DNA of 64,000 bases from Eledone cirrhosa (GCA_964016885.1 OZ024754.1:11966001-12030000), one strand, 5' to 3'; counted from the first letter of the stretch, positions 41,250 through 61,849 are shown. Numbers and translations: made by a program. Notes: a model not told the origin generated them from the sequence alone.

Positions 41250-42620
41250 CATTAAAATGGAAGAATACACAAGGAAAACTCTTAATGAAAATAAAAATAT
41301 TAACTGTTTAAATATTGAGAACGTAAATCCTGAAGATAGACCTAGCGGAAACGCAATAAAACAGAAGATAAAAAAGACAAAATATCATACAAAAAAAAAA
41401 AAACGAAATATAAAGTCAAAGAAAATATCGATGAAGAAAAAGTGAAGCAGATCTATACCGATGAAAATATGAATACAGGGGAATATAAGATAGATCTGAA
41501 ACTGGAAATCTTGAATATCACAATAAACTAACTTAAAGAATCAAAATCAATAGATTTTTCTCATAGACCAACGAAAGACTTTTCTTAACATAAAAACTTT
41601 ACGATAAGGTAGAAATAAATAACGACAGCAAAAACAACAAAACACGAAAAGAGGGACACATACTGAAAAGAGATGCGTCAGTATCACCAGGATAAATCAA
41701 CTCTTATATAAAATAGTAACTGTAGTGACATTGGAAAGTGGGTAATTTCGCAAAATATGTCTTAGAAACATCTGGACTCGGACAACATAGAAAAGATACA
41801 TTCATAGAAATATATACGATTGTTTCTAACATTAGTACAAGGCGGGGTGATTGGCAGTAAGACGATTTAATCGACCCCTCCACCCTTTAAATTGTACTGG
41901 GGTTGTTATAATCGACTTTCTCCTTGCCCCAAATTGCTAGCCTCGTACTACCGTTTTCTGATTTAGGCAAAAGGTCAGCAATTTGGGAAGAAAGGAAAGT
42001 CGATAAAATCAACCCCAGTGCGTTACTGGTATTTATTTATCGACCCCCGTAAGGATGAAAAGCAAAGTTAACCTCGACGGGATTTTAACTCAGAACGTAA
42101 AGCTCCATAACTAATTGCCGCAAAGAATTTTGTCTGACGCTCAACCGATTCTATCAACTAGCTGCCATAATTATTATATATAATAGCAACACTATCATAT
42201 TAGAAAGTGGGTACTTTTGCCAAACATCTGAGAGAAACAGCTAATACAAACTACATAGAAAAGAAACATTCAAAGATACTCGATAAAAAGAATAAAACAA
42301 ACAAAACATTTCAATTGTAAATGAGATCGGCAGAAAAGACAAAAAGATAAAAAAAAAACAAGAAGAAAAAGAAAAGAAAAAAGGAAACATAATATAACAA
42401 AAAACAAAAATCAAAAAAATACGTGAAATGTAAGAGCTCCAAAAGCAGAAGATTCACGCGATATAATAACAAATTTGTCATTAGGAAAAAATGACAGCAT
42501 TTCTTTGAAGAATGCAATCAGTTTGTATCTCCAACCGAAGAAGATTTTTACCAAGAACTAAGTAAACCTAAAGAGAAAGTATTGCAACACCGAAAATGTT
42601 CATAACAATAAAATAAACAA
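41250..42620 (+). mobile_element. Highly decayed non-LTR retrotransposon, possibly R4/Dong-like, interrupted by SINEs
   Basis: A-rich strand with peptide remnants ITRINQLLYKIVTVVT and NRRRFxxQELSK resembling R4/Dong N-terminal regions; recognised from memory, no alignment run. Confidence 0.35.
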
Positions 42621-43034
42621 CAACAGTCGTGTGAAGAAATAACAAAAACAAGAGAAGATGTAAGCCAGATACTTAGATACTATAGATTGATAGATTGGTG
42701 TAGATTGGTATAGATTCCAGTCTGCTATTGGAATGAATACGGAAATACACAGTTTCAAGCTAAGCTTCTGACAGACAGACAGACACACACACACACACAC
42801 ACATGCATACATAGACACACATACACACACACATACACATACACACACATACACACATGCACACATAGACACACATACACACACATACACACACTGATAC
42901 ACACACAGCCACACACACACACACACACACACGTACACACACGTACACACACACACACACACACACTCTCTCCCCCCCCACACACTCTCTCCCCCCCCAC
43001 ACACTCTCTCTCTCTATCTCTCTCTCTCTCACAC

Positions 43035-45489
<2,455 letters not shown>

Positions 45490-45782
45490 AACGTACACAC
45501 GTATGTCAATAGACGAATGTATGAAGACATGTGGTAACGAATTAGCAGAGTTGCTAGAACGTCAGATAGAATGTTTTGTGGTATTAGTTTCGGCTCTCTG
45601 AGTTCAAATCCCGCCGATGTCAACTTTGCCTTTTATCAATTCGAGGTCAATAAAAAATGTACCAATCCCAAATCCTAAACTCTGAGTTAGGCAGAGTTAT
45701 GGGTTGGAAATTATCTATCATGTTCTCCTTATAAGATCCTGATTAGTTTACCTACAAAACGGTAACAAATGTTCAATATAGA

Positions 45783-46178
45783 GGTAAAATTCCGTTATAA
45801 CAAATACCATTATAATGAATTTTTCAGTATAATGAATTTTTTTTGTCCAGTCCCCGGCCAGGGCCCCACGCTCGATGTGTTAGGTCGACCTCGTTATAAA
45901 GAATTTTTCATTACAAGGATGATTTTTTTGTCCAGTCCCCGGCCACGGGCCCCACGTTCGATGTGTTAGGTCGACCTCGTTATAAAGAATTTTTCATTAC
46001 AAGGATGATTTTTTTGTTCAGTCCCCGGCTACGGGCCCCACGTTCGATGTGTTAGGTCGACCTCGTTATAAAGAATTTTTCATTACAAGGATTTTTTTGT
46101 CCAGTCCCCGGCTACGGTCCCACGTTCGATGTGTTAGGTCGACCACCCTCTGAATTTAGTTATAACGGAATTTCACTT
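45783..46178. mobile_element. Pogo/Tigger-like MITE with about 4 internal tandem units of 83-87 bp
   Basis: Imperfect TIRs GTAAAATTCCGTTATAAC / GTTATAACGGAATTTCAC; repeated CAGTCCCCGGC.ACGGGCCCCACGTTCGATGTGTTAGGTCGACCTCGTTATAAAG. Confidence 0.6.
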
Positions 46179-46665
46179 TGTAACTTTGTGTAACAATAGA
46201 AATAATTGCTTCTACTTTTGGCACAAGGCCAGCAATTATCACAGTGTATTACTGGTACTTTATTTTATCGATCCCGTAAGGATGAAAGGCAAAGTTAACC
46301 TCGGCGGGATTTGAACTCAGATCATAAAGGGCCGTAACTCTTTGCTGCAAAGCATGGCGTCCGACCCTCTACCGATACTGCCAATCCAAATTTACAGGAA
46401 CGATGTGCAACACGTGTCGTCAAGCGAACGAACAAAATAACTTAGCCTTAATAATAAAAGTAATAACAATAATAATTGTTTCTATTTTTGGCACAATGCC
46501 AGCAATCACCTCAGTGCATTACTGGTACTTTCTTTTATTGACCCCGTAAGGATGAAAGGCAAAGTTAACCTAAGCGGGATTTGAACTCAGTCCGTAAAGG
46601 GCCATAACTCTATGCTGCAAAGCATGGCGTCCGACCCTCTACCGATACTGTCAATCCACGGCCTC

Positions 46666-46702
<37 letters not shown>

Positions 46703-46985
46703 TAATAATAATATGTGTAGATGTGTGTGTGTGTGAGAAGAGCACTATCTCTGTAAGAATGATATCCCTCTGTAAGAATGATAAGCTGTAAATTATATTC
46801 AATATGGTGTGTTAACTGGCTTACCAATGTATACAGTGGGTTTATTGTCCTAGGTGTCAGGAAGACACTCGACATATATCAGAAACAATATTGAAGGAAA
46901 ATGAAAAACAATAAAGATAATGATCGATAAAATCACGCTCAATAATTTATTCACTTTTATTGTTTTGAATTTTATTCTATAATTA

Positions 46986-48602
46986 TTATGAGGCAGTAAT
47001 AACAACCATAATCACAGACAAAGTGACGAAACAATTCAGTATTGTCCAAGACAACACACCTATACTGGCTGTACTTTCATCTTGCCAGTCACAGAAAATA
47101 CGTTCAGTTGAACCACAGAGTTTTTTAAGAGCAATACCAAAGGATTTGTTCTGCAGTTTGAAACCGTGGTAATGCATCGGTGTGTAACAGGAGCCATATA
47201 GATGCTCCACCGTGCCGCTGTTGATGATTCTTTCCACTTTGCAAGAACAGTCAATGGGGTTGTCGCTGAGGTTCAATTCGTAAAACGTGCATCGTGGGGC
47301 TTGAACCACAAAGGTTACATCATCAACTTTATTACCGGCAATATCAACAGCAATTGGTCGCTTGAGATATTTAAACGCTTTAGGGCACACTTTACGTATC
47401 TTCATAGAGCGCATGCTGATGTTCCTGGCTTTAAGACCACGGAAGAAGTCTTCATCAATTTTTTGGAAATTGTTGTAGGAAACATCAAGAAATGATAACT
47501 TACGTAAATGTTTCAAAGCTGAAACAGGCATGCGATCTAATTTGGTGTTTTTCATGTAAAGTTCGTCCAGGCTGTCTTCTAGTCCAGAAAACATGTGGTC
47601 TTCAATTTGAATTCGGTTACCACTAATGTCCAAACTCTTCAGTTTGAAAGTACCATTAAAGGATCCGTTGGCCAGATAAGCAATTCGATTGTCGGTCAGG
47701 ATAAGGTTTTGCAATGAATCCATATATTTGAGGCCGTGGATGGGGATTGCCGGCATATCGTTATTACTGAAGTCTATCAAACGAAGTGAGTTAGCCAGAC
47801 CTCTAAAAGAGTCTTTGTGAATGGATGTTGCCGACAGTAACTGATTAGAAACTAAATGCAACTCACGGAGATCTTTCAAGTTTTGGAATGTATTTTCCGG
47901 GATAGTGTTGATTTGATTCGAATTCAACACGAGTTTTCTTAATTTCCTCAAGCGAGAAATCTCCGGTGGTATATTAGCAAAAAAATTCTGAGAAAGATCC
48001 AGTTCTTGTAAGTAATCCAATTCGATAAAGGCTCCCCAAGAGATACGGAAGATCCCACACGATCTCAGACTTAACTTGTTCAAAGAAAGAAGTTTAAATC
48101 CACGAAAGTAACCTCCAGGGAAAGGGATTAACCAGCCTCCATTTTTATCTAGAACTATTTCACGAAGCTGTATCATATTATGTAAGAAATGCAACGGTTC
48201 CTGAAAATTAATGCCCATGTCAATCAAAATGATTTTCTGTAAATAATCTTTAAGAGGTTGTAATGCATTTTTATGAATGGTCAAATTTTCGGTGAAACTA
48301 AAGTCAAGGCTTTCAATTTTTATATTCGGAAAGGCATTCGGAGGAACAAAACCAAATGAATTATTTCGAAGGTCGATCAACTTTACTTTAGATTTGTCAT
48401 AAAATGTCAATTTGGGGAATTTAGCCAGGCCACGAGAAGAGCAGTCGACCATGAGTAGAAAATCGAAAGTGTTTTGGTTGACTGTCAATGAACAGTTGCA
48501 GGGAACTGTCTGTGGGCATTCCAACACAGAGTCAGACCAAACTCTTGCGACAAGAACGCTGGACACCAGGCCCAACCATGTGAAAAGCAATACAGCATTC
48601 AT
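46986..48602 (-). CDS. Extracellular leucine-rich-repeat protein, 538 aa (signal peptide, LRRNT, roughly 15 LRRs, LRRCT, C-terminal hydrophobic tail; probable GPI anchor)
   Basis: Uninterrupted ORF. Signal peptide MNAVLLFTWLGLVSSVLVA; LRRNT CPQTVPCNC...VDCSSRGL; repeated LxxLxLxxNxI units; LRRCT NPIDCSC..C..C; ends in a hydrophobic stretch with no cytoplasmic tail. A splice acceptor ttttatttcAG lies at 48621-48620, an in-frame stop precedes the ATG, and AATAAA follows the stop (46976-46971). Confidence 0.93.
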   Translation of the reverse strand: MNAVLLFTWLGLVSSVLVARVWSDSVLECPQTVPCNCSLTVNQNTFDFLLMVDCSSRGLAKFPKLTFYDKSKVKLIDLRNNSFGFVPPNAFPNIKIESLDFSFTENLTIHKNALQPLKDYLQKIILIDMGINFQEPLHFLHNMIQLREIVLDKNGGWLIPFPGGYFRGFKLLSLNKLSLRSCGIFRISWGAFIELDYLQELDLSQNFFANIPPEISRLRKLRKLVLNSNQINTIPENTFQNLKDLRELHLVSNQLLSATSIHKDSFRGLANSLRLIDFSNNDMPAIPIHGLKYMDSLQNLILTDNRIAYLANGSFNGTFKLKSLDISGNRIQIEDHMFSGLEDSLDELYMKNTKLDRMPVSALKHLRKLSFLDVSYNNFQKIDEDFFRGLKARNISMRSMKIRKVCPKAFKYLKRPIAVDIAGNKVDDVTFVVQAPRCTFYELNLSDNPIDCSCKVERIINSGTVEHLYGSCYTPMHYHGFKLQNKSFGIALKKLCGSTERIFCDWQDESTASIGVLSWTILNCFVTLSVIMVVITAS

Positions 48603-48894
48603 GTTGTTTCATGCTGCATCTGAAATAAAATAAAATATAATATTAATAATAATAATGATAATAATAATTCTAGTATCAATAATAATAATAACAATAACAA
48701 CAACAATAACAATAATAATTATTTCTACTATAGGCACAAAGCCAGCAATTTGAAGGGGAGGGGAAAGTCGACCCCGCAAAGATGAAAGGTAAAGCTAACC
48801 TCGGCGGGACTTGAACTCAGAACGTAAAGAGCCATAACTCTATGCTGCAAAGCAGAGTGTTCGGCACCCTTCCGATACTGCCAATATATATATA

Positions 48895-49020
48895 TATGTT
48901 CTGAAGATGGCGGGTAGTGAAGACGTATGTATTTTTTCTTACTATGATATTTTGTAATATATTTTACATAGATCAATAATTAAATGGACATACCCCCCCC
49001 CCAGAAACGATCGTAAAATA
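48895..49020 (+). ncRNA. Hammerhead motif with an expanded loop II
   Basis: CTGAAGA-TGGCGGGTA...(about 75 nt)...TACCCCCCCCCCA-GAAAC-GATC-GTA; palindromic stem III ACGATCGT. Confidence 0.5.
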
Positions 49021-49673
49021 ATGAGTTTTACTATGGATTAACCGTTTTTTGTTTAATTTCATTGTTTTAATATTTCTATTTTTCACTCTGTATCCAATGA
49101 ATTATATATTTGAAAATTTTGTATTTTAAACTTTGTTTCACGACATCTTCTACATACGGATTACATTGAGTTCTTCATACGGTTTAGACCCTACCATTGA
49201 TTGGTGGATTTATCTGTGTGTGTATATATATATTATTATTATTCTTATTTATATTTAAACTCTTGATAAGGGTTAGTTTGTGCTTCTATTGATGGAAATG
49301 TGTATTGATATATATGTATATGTGTGTACATATGTATATATATATGTATATTGGGCCTTTTAACATTATTATTATTATCATTATTAATTATAATTATATT
49401 ATATTATATTATATTATATTATATTATATTATATTATGTATAGTACAATAATTCCCGCTCTATATCACCACCTCTGTTTTAGCTCTAGTTTTTGCATTGG
49501 ACTATATTTGTAATATGGTTCAAAATGTTACTTACTTCCTTAGCAATTAGCACTTGATAATTTTTTACTTGATGATTTTTACCCGATTATTTTCCTATGA
49601 TTTAATCTATGTACACTCCATATTCTTCTGAGTTTTCGGCTTGTATTGGCTGATAGTGCTTCTTATAGCTTTA

Positions 49674-49718
49674 ATTGCCCTGATGAGTCCTTAATAGGAC
49701 GAAACATTGTTGGCTAAT
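49674..49718 (+). ncRNA. Type I hammerhead ribozyme with canonical core
   Basis: GCC-CTGATGA-GTCC-TTAATA-GGAC-GAAAC-ATT-GTT/GGC. Confidence 0.8.
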
Positions 49719-49764
49719 AAAGACTTTTGATGTATTGAAGGCTTCTTTGATTTATTTTCATAAA

Positions 49765-49863
<99 letters not shown>

Positions 49864-49974
49864 ATGTGTGGATGAGTGATATGTGACGGAGCCACACCTC
49901 AAGCTCGATACCTCCAAACCCAAACCTTGTAGCCCCAGAAAGAAGATCACCTGTGGCAATGAGCTCATTAAAAC

Positions 49975-51526
49975 ACCACCACCACCAACAACAACAACAC
50001 CAAAAACAACACCACCACCAGCAACAACAATACCACCACCACCACAAACAACAACAATACCACTACCGCCACCACCACCACCACCAACAACAACACCACC
50101 ACCACCAACAACAACACCACCACCAACAACAACAACAACAACACCACCACCAACAACAACAACGACACCACCACCAACAACAACACCACCAACAACAACA
50201 CCACCACCAACAACAACAACGACACCACCACCAACAACAACAACACCACCACCACCACCACCACCACCAACAACAACAATGACACCACCACCAACAACAC
50301 CACCACCAACAACACTACCACCAACAACAACAACACCACCACCACCGCCACCGCCACTACCACCGCCACCACCACCACCACCACCACCACCAACAACAAC
50401 AACACCACCAACAACAACAACACCACCACCAGCAACAACACCATCACCACCACCAACACCACCACCAACACCACCAACAACAACACTACCACCAACACCA
50501 CCAACAACAACAACACCACCACCACCGCCACCGCCACTACCACCGCCACCACCACCACCACCAACAACACCACCACCACCAACAACAACAACACCACCAC
50601 CAGCAACGACACCATCACCACCACCAACACCACCAGCAACAACACCACCACCACCAACAACAACACTACCACCAACACCAACACAACCAACAACAACAAC
50701 AACAACAACAACACCACCACCACTACCGCCAACAACAACACTACCACCAACACCACCAACAACAACAACACCACCACCACCAACAACAACACCACCACCA
50801 CCACCACCAGCAACAACACCACCACCACCAACAACAACACCACCACCACCACCACCAGCAACAACACCACCACCACCAACAACAACACCACCACCACCAC
50901 CACCAGCAACAACACCACCACCACCAACAACACCACCACCACCACCACCAACAACACCACCACCAACAACAACACCACCTCCACCACCAAAAACAACAAC
51001 ACCACCACCAACAACAACACCACCACCACCACCAAAAACAACAACACCACCAGCAACAACAACGACAACACCACCACCACCACCACCACCCAAAACAACA
51101 ACACCACCACCACCACCACCAAAAACAACACCACCACCAGCAACAACAACGACAACACCACCACCACCACCACCACCAACACCACCACCACCAACAACAA
51201 CACCACCACCACCACCAAAAACAACACCACCACCACCAGCAACAACAACGACAACACCACCACCACCACCACCACCAGCAGCAACACCACCACCACCAAC
51301 AACACCACCACCACCACCAGCAACAACACTACCAACAACAACAACAACACCACCACCACCACCACCGCCACTACCACCGCCACCACCACCACCACCACCG
51401 CCACTACCACCGCCACCACCACCACCACCACCAACAACACCACCAACAACACCACCACCACCACCACCAACAACACTACCACCAACACCAACACCACCAA
51501 CAACAACAACACCACCGCCACCGCCA

Positions 51527-51558
<32 letters not shown>

Positions 51559-52363
51559 GCCACTACCACCGCCACCACCACCACCACCACCACTACCACC
51601 AACAACAACATCAACAACACCACCACCACCACCACCAACAACAACACCACTACCACCAACACCAACACCACCACCACCAACAACACCACCACCACCATCA
51701 ACAACAACACTTCCACCACCGCCACCACCACCACCACCAACACCAACACCACCACCACCACCAACGACGACGACACCACCACCACCGCCACCAACACCAC
51801 CACCAACACCACCACCACCACCAACAACAACACTACTACCAACACCAACACCACCAAAAACAACAACACCACCAACAACAACAATACTACCACCACCACC
51901 ACCACTACCACCACCACCACCACCAACACCAACAACACCACCACCACCACCACCAACAACACTACCACCACCACCACCACCACCACCAACATCACCACCA
52001 CCAGCAACAACACTACCACCAACACCAACATTACCACCAACACCAACACCACCAACAACAACAACAACACCACCACCACCACCACCACCACCACCACCAC
52101 CAACATCACCAACACCAACACCACCAACACCACCACCACCACCACCACCAACATTACCACCAACACCACCACCACCACCAACACCAACATTACCACCAAC
52201 ACCACCACCACCACCAACACCAACATTACCACCAACACCAACACCACCAACAACAACAACACCACCACCACCACCACCACCACCACCAACATCACCAACA
52301 CCAACACCACCAACACCACTACCACCACCACCACCACCACCACCACCACCGCCAACCGCCACC
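49975..52363. repeat. 2.4-kb cryptic (CCA/CAA)n simple repeat
   Basis: Almost pure ACC/ACA triplets; open in several frames on both strands. Confidence 0.9.
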
Positions 52364-52567
52364 ACTCTACGTGAAATACTTACGTCACTCAAGAATGTTG
52401 TCAGAAGCAACAATAACAGAAACTAACTGATAACCTGACAACATTTGTTTGCAAGTTAGAAATAAGTTCTCTGGGAATACATGTAACCCCAAACTCTCAT
52501 TAGAGCACCTACAGTCGTTCTCTTAATCTGTCATTGCATATTACCTGCCCCCCCCCCCACTCTCTCT

Positions 52568-56229
<3,662 letters not shown>

Positions 56230-56504
56230 CCGTGTGTGTGTGTGTGTGCAAATGAATAATTATATTTACATTCGCATATCTATGTTAAGTAGCAGCTGAA
56301 TATTTGTAATGCCATGACGGTGCATCTAAGTAACCTTTGCTGCTTACTCGCGTTCACTTGATATCACACTGATATCATATGGTATCGTCTTGCAATTGCT
56401 TGATATATTCTTCATTTAGCCTATGTAATATCAAATCCCGGAATCACTATAAGAATCTTATAATTTCCGTCACACATATAATCCTTTCTAAATTGGAAAA
56501 TATG

Positions 56505-56591
<87 letters not shown>

Positions 56592-56741
56592 GTTACCCAT
56601 ATAAACTGTCTCCCTCTATTGGGGAAAATCGACTAACTTTTTAAATTCCATTTGTGATAACATTTTACACGTTTTTATTGTATGTAAACTCCCCCCTTTG
56701 TATTTGTCCCCTTCTTTTGTGCCCCTGTGGCTAATAAAGCA

Positions 56742-56785
<44 letters not shown>

Positions 56786-56790
56786 GTCTC

Positions 56791-56829
<39 letters not shown>

Positions 56830-57182
56830 GCCAGTCTGTCTGTGTTTGTGTCTGTCAATCTATCTATCTATCTATCTATCTATCGAATCGATCGGTATCT
56901 TTTACACATAAATACACACAAGGGCACACACAAAGGCACACACAAAACACACAGAAATACACACACAAGTACATACACACACACTCTCCCATTCTCTCTC
57001 CTATCTAAAGCAATAGATTAATGACTTTTCTGTGCAGCCAATGTTAATGGTGAATGTGAGGACTTGTGTATGATTTTGCTACAACTAATGACTTCATTAC
57101 AAGACTACTACTACTACTACTACTACTACAACTACTACTACTACTGCTGCTGCTGCTACTACTACTACTACCACCACCACCT

Positions 57183-57294
<112 letters not shown>

Positions 57295-57349
57295 GGCTGC
57301 TACTACTAGTACTACTGTTGCTGCTACTACTACTACCACTACCACCTCC

Positions 57350-57425
<76 letters not shown>

Positions 57426-57454
57426 GTACCACTGCTGCTACTACCCCCTACCCC

Positions 57455-57498
<44 letters not shown>

Positions 57499-58617
57499 GT
57501 TATTACCATTATTATTAAAGCTATTTTCTTACTAGAGTTAAACCGAGTGGAAAATTTCTCGGAATCATTTTCGGCGAAAATGGCGGATTCAACTGAGAAA
57601 ATTTGCCGCATGCAATGTGACGGCTTCATAATTATCGACTTTTAAACTGATTGCTTTCATCTCCACTGATTCCATATTCCTTTAATTCTTCACCAATTCC
57701 TCGCTTTTCCCCTAATTTCTTCCTCTTACTTTCTTCTCCTTACTTTTCACCCCCCACCCCCCTCTCCTTCCCTTCCTCTCTTCCCCCTCCCTTCCCTTCT
57801 TTGTCCTTTTATCTAAAATCCATCCAGTGTCTTCTTCTTCTTCTTCTTCTTCTTCTTCTTCTTCTTCTTCTTCTTTTCTTCTTCTTCTTCTTCTTCTTCT
57901 TCTTCTTCTTCTTCTTCTTCTTCTTCGTCTTCTTCTTCTCCTCGTTTTCACCCTCTTCTTCCGCCCCCTTCTCTCTGCACCCATCCCATCCCCGCCGTCT
58001 CTCTTCTATATTTTACTTCTCTAGACATTGTCTTTCAAGATAACTACTATCAGAAGTTTCTATTCGGCCGCCCACTTTTGGGGAAAGACTGACCTCGAGC
58101 TAAACAACAACTTAAAAAAGACTAAAAAAAGACTAAAAAAAGACTAAAAAAATATCTAAGAAGAAAGCTAGGTTAATGATCTCACAATCAATTGAGTTTC
58201 CTCTTTCTTTTCTTCTTTCTTTTCTTCTCTCTCTCTAACAATTTAGCTGTCTTTATGTAACTAATGACTGACCAATCGATTAGTCAAGTCAGTAGAGCGT
58301 CAGACGAAATTCTTAGCTGTATAAGTTCTGGTTGTTTATGTTCTGAGTTCAAATCCCACCAGAGTTAGCTTTGCCTTTCATCCTTCCGAGGTCGATAAAA
58401 TAAAGTACCAGTACCAGTACCAGTAAAATACTGGAGTCGATGTAATCAACTTTCACCTCCTCCCTTCGAATTATTGGCCTTGTGACTAAATTATAACCCA
58501 AGGACAAGTTTGTCTGCTGTCTGTTCCTCTTTCTTTCATCGTTCCATAGTCTCTCAGTTCCTGACACACACACACTCTCTCTCTCTCTACGTACACACAA
58601 ACACACACACTCATACA

Positions 58618-58715
<98 letters not shown>

Positions 58716-58842
58716 CTCTCTCTCTCTATCTCTCTCTACGTACACACACACACACACTCATACACACACACACACACTCATACACAGACACACTCATACA
58801 CACACACACACTCTCTCTCTACGTACACACAAACACACACAC

Positions 58843-58910
<68 letters not shown>

Positions 58911-59593
58911 TCTCTCTCTCTACCTACATACACACACAAACACACTCATACACACACACGCACAAACACACACACACACACACTCAACACATGCCATCAC
59001 TCTACACGCACATACACACACAAACACACACTCATACACACACACACACACACACACTCTCTCTCTCTCTCTACGTACACACAAACACACACACTCATAC
59101 ACACAAACACACACACACACACAAACACACACACTCTCTCTCTCTACCTACACACACACACAAACACACTCATACACACACACGCACAAACACACACACA
59201 CACACTCAACACATGCCATCACTCTACACGCACATACACACACTCACACACACAACACCCACACACGCACTCCACACTCTACACACGCCATCACTCTACA
59301 CGCACATACACAAACACACACACAAACACACTCATACACACACACACACAAACACACACTCAACACACGCCATCACTGTACACGCACATACACACACTCA
59401 CACACACACGCACTCCACACTCTACACACGCCTTCACTCTACACGCACATACACACACTCACAAACACAACCCCCCACACACACACTCTCCACACTCTAC
59501 ACACGCCATCACTCTACACGCACATACACACACTGACACACAACACACACACACACACACACACTCTCCACACACTACACACGCCATCACTCT

Positions 59594-59650
<57 letters not shown>

Positions 59651-60571
59651 CCACACGCCATCACTCTACACGCACATACACACTCTCTACAGACAAACAC
59701 ACACTTTTCCTCTACACATATACATACACATACACCCTCTCTCTTAATTTCTGCCTCACACACTCTCTTTCTTTCACTCCCTCTCTATCTCACTCTTTCT
59801 CTATCTCACTGCCTCTCTATCTCACTCTTTCTCTATTTCACTCTCTCTCTATCTCACTCCCTCTCTATCTCACTCCCTCTCTATATCGCTCTCTCTCAAT
59901 CCATCACATACCCCCACCCCTATATCTCTCTCTCTCCTTCTGTCTCACAGTTTATTATATTATTCTCTTGCTCCACTTTTCTCTCTCTCTCGTCGTCCAT
60001 CTCCTCCAGACTTTCTCCCTGTCTTTATTATCTTCTCTTCTCAATTTCTCTTTATTTTTAAACAAAGCAGGCAAAATTTAATTGTATCTCTCCGAATTCC
60101 ATAAGCAATCTAAGGTTCATACGGGTCGTAGGCAGGAGTTACATTAGTTCCGAACGAGATTGGAAGTTTAATTTTGCCGTGTCGTCTGCTACTAATGAAA
60201 TGGCGCCGGAAATCAATTGTATTAAAGAGAACTCTCTGTTCTATGTTCTCTAGTATAATTGCCCAAACCAAATCATATACAGGTTCATTTAGTTAATGGT
60301 CTTTGTTCACTGATATTTTCTATCCTTACATAACTACACATATGTACACAAACGGATACTAACACATACCCATTCTTTTCATCGTACACATATGCTTACA
60401 CATCTATAAAGCTACGCATATACTGTATATTACATAGATCACCTTTTTCCTTGATCTATTCTTCGGAAACTCATTTGAACTATACATATATAGTACGAAG
60501 AGTATATTTATATATATATATGTATATATGTATATGTATATTTTATGTTTGTATATATATATATATATATA

Positions 60572-60752
60572 TCAGTACTCCTTTGGGAGCCCCTACATGG
60601 ACACACCAGAAGAGGAAGACCAAGGTTAACGTATGTTTATGCCCTAAGGACAGACACTGGTCTGTTGGAGATGCAGGACATGGCAGCGATAATGAGGGAC
60701 AGAGACCGCTGGAGAGAACTCGTCCATGGATCTCGGGAATTTTACCCGCCTT

Positions 60753-60754
<2 letters not shown>
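60572..60754 (+). mobile_element. RTE-clade LINE 3' fragment, same family as 30058-30404
   Basis: Near-identical LLWEPLHGH..RGRPRLTY..DRDRWRELVHGSREFYPP; sits in (TA)n. Confidence 0.85.
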
Positions 60755-60826
<72 letters not shown>

Positions 60827-60926
60827 GTGTGTAGAGGTTATATTTAATCTGTTGGGAGATTTCAACCAGAATGGTTGCATTTTTTCAGGGTATGTCAATA
60901 TTTGTTTATAAAACTAACCTATATTA

Positions 60927-60992
60927 TATTTTATCTGATGAAAGCGCACCATAGTTTGACTTGGTGGCCCTTGAAATATGTATAATGAAATA
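60927..60992 (+). ncRNA. Type I hammerhead motif, same family as 3471-3536
   Basis: TATTTTAT-CTGATGA-AAGCGCACCA...TGGTGGCCCTT-GAAA-TATGTA-TA/ATGAAATA. Confidence 0.62.
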
Positions 60993-61034
60993 AATATGGT
61001 TTTATAAATATAGTTTCCATTTGTTAATATATTA

Positions 61035-61080
<46 letters not shown>

Positions 61081-61374
61081 GATAGGATTGGCTGTGTAGT
61101 TGCTACTTAAGGTAGCTTAAAATGGAATGAGAATAAGAAGAAAGCAAGAACGGAGGGGAGAGGGTCCTCATCAGTTGTCTACTAGGGGTCTAGGATATTT
61201 CAATGCTTTAAAGACAATAAATCTACTCCCAGAGCGTTCAATAACTGAGTAAGTTATTGGGAAAATGGAGGAGGGAGGGAAGGAAAATAGAAGAGAAAAG
61301 GGAAAAAGGGAAAAGAGAAAAACAGCGAGTAAGTGCACATGGTAAACAACGAAGGCAACGTGTTGTCCTTCTCC

Positions 61375-61522
<148 letters not shown>

Positions 61523-61523
61523 A

Positions 61524-61597
<74 letters not shown>

Positions 61598-61818
61598 ATA
61601 TATATTTATATATATGTTGTTATACTTTGGGAGGGTCATGTTGCCAATAAGAAACACACGCACCAGTTGCTTTCACTTCAATTTATGATAATAAATTTAT
61701 AAATTTAGGAATTTATAAATTTCCGGTTGGTTGGTTGGTTCCACAACCAGATGATTGTTTATATATTGTCAAAGTTCTTTCGTCACACATTCTGTGACCT
61801 CTTCAAATCAGAAACGAA

Positions 61819-61849
<31 letters not shown>

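Noticed and set aside
49883-52426. 847-aa Pro/Thr mucin-like ORF and antisense Gly/Val ORFs
   Set aside because: Pure (CCA/CAA)n cryptic repeat open in many frames; no signal peptide or supported splice structure.
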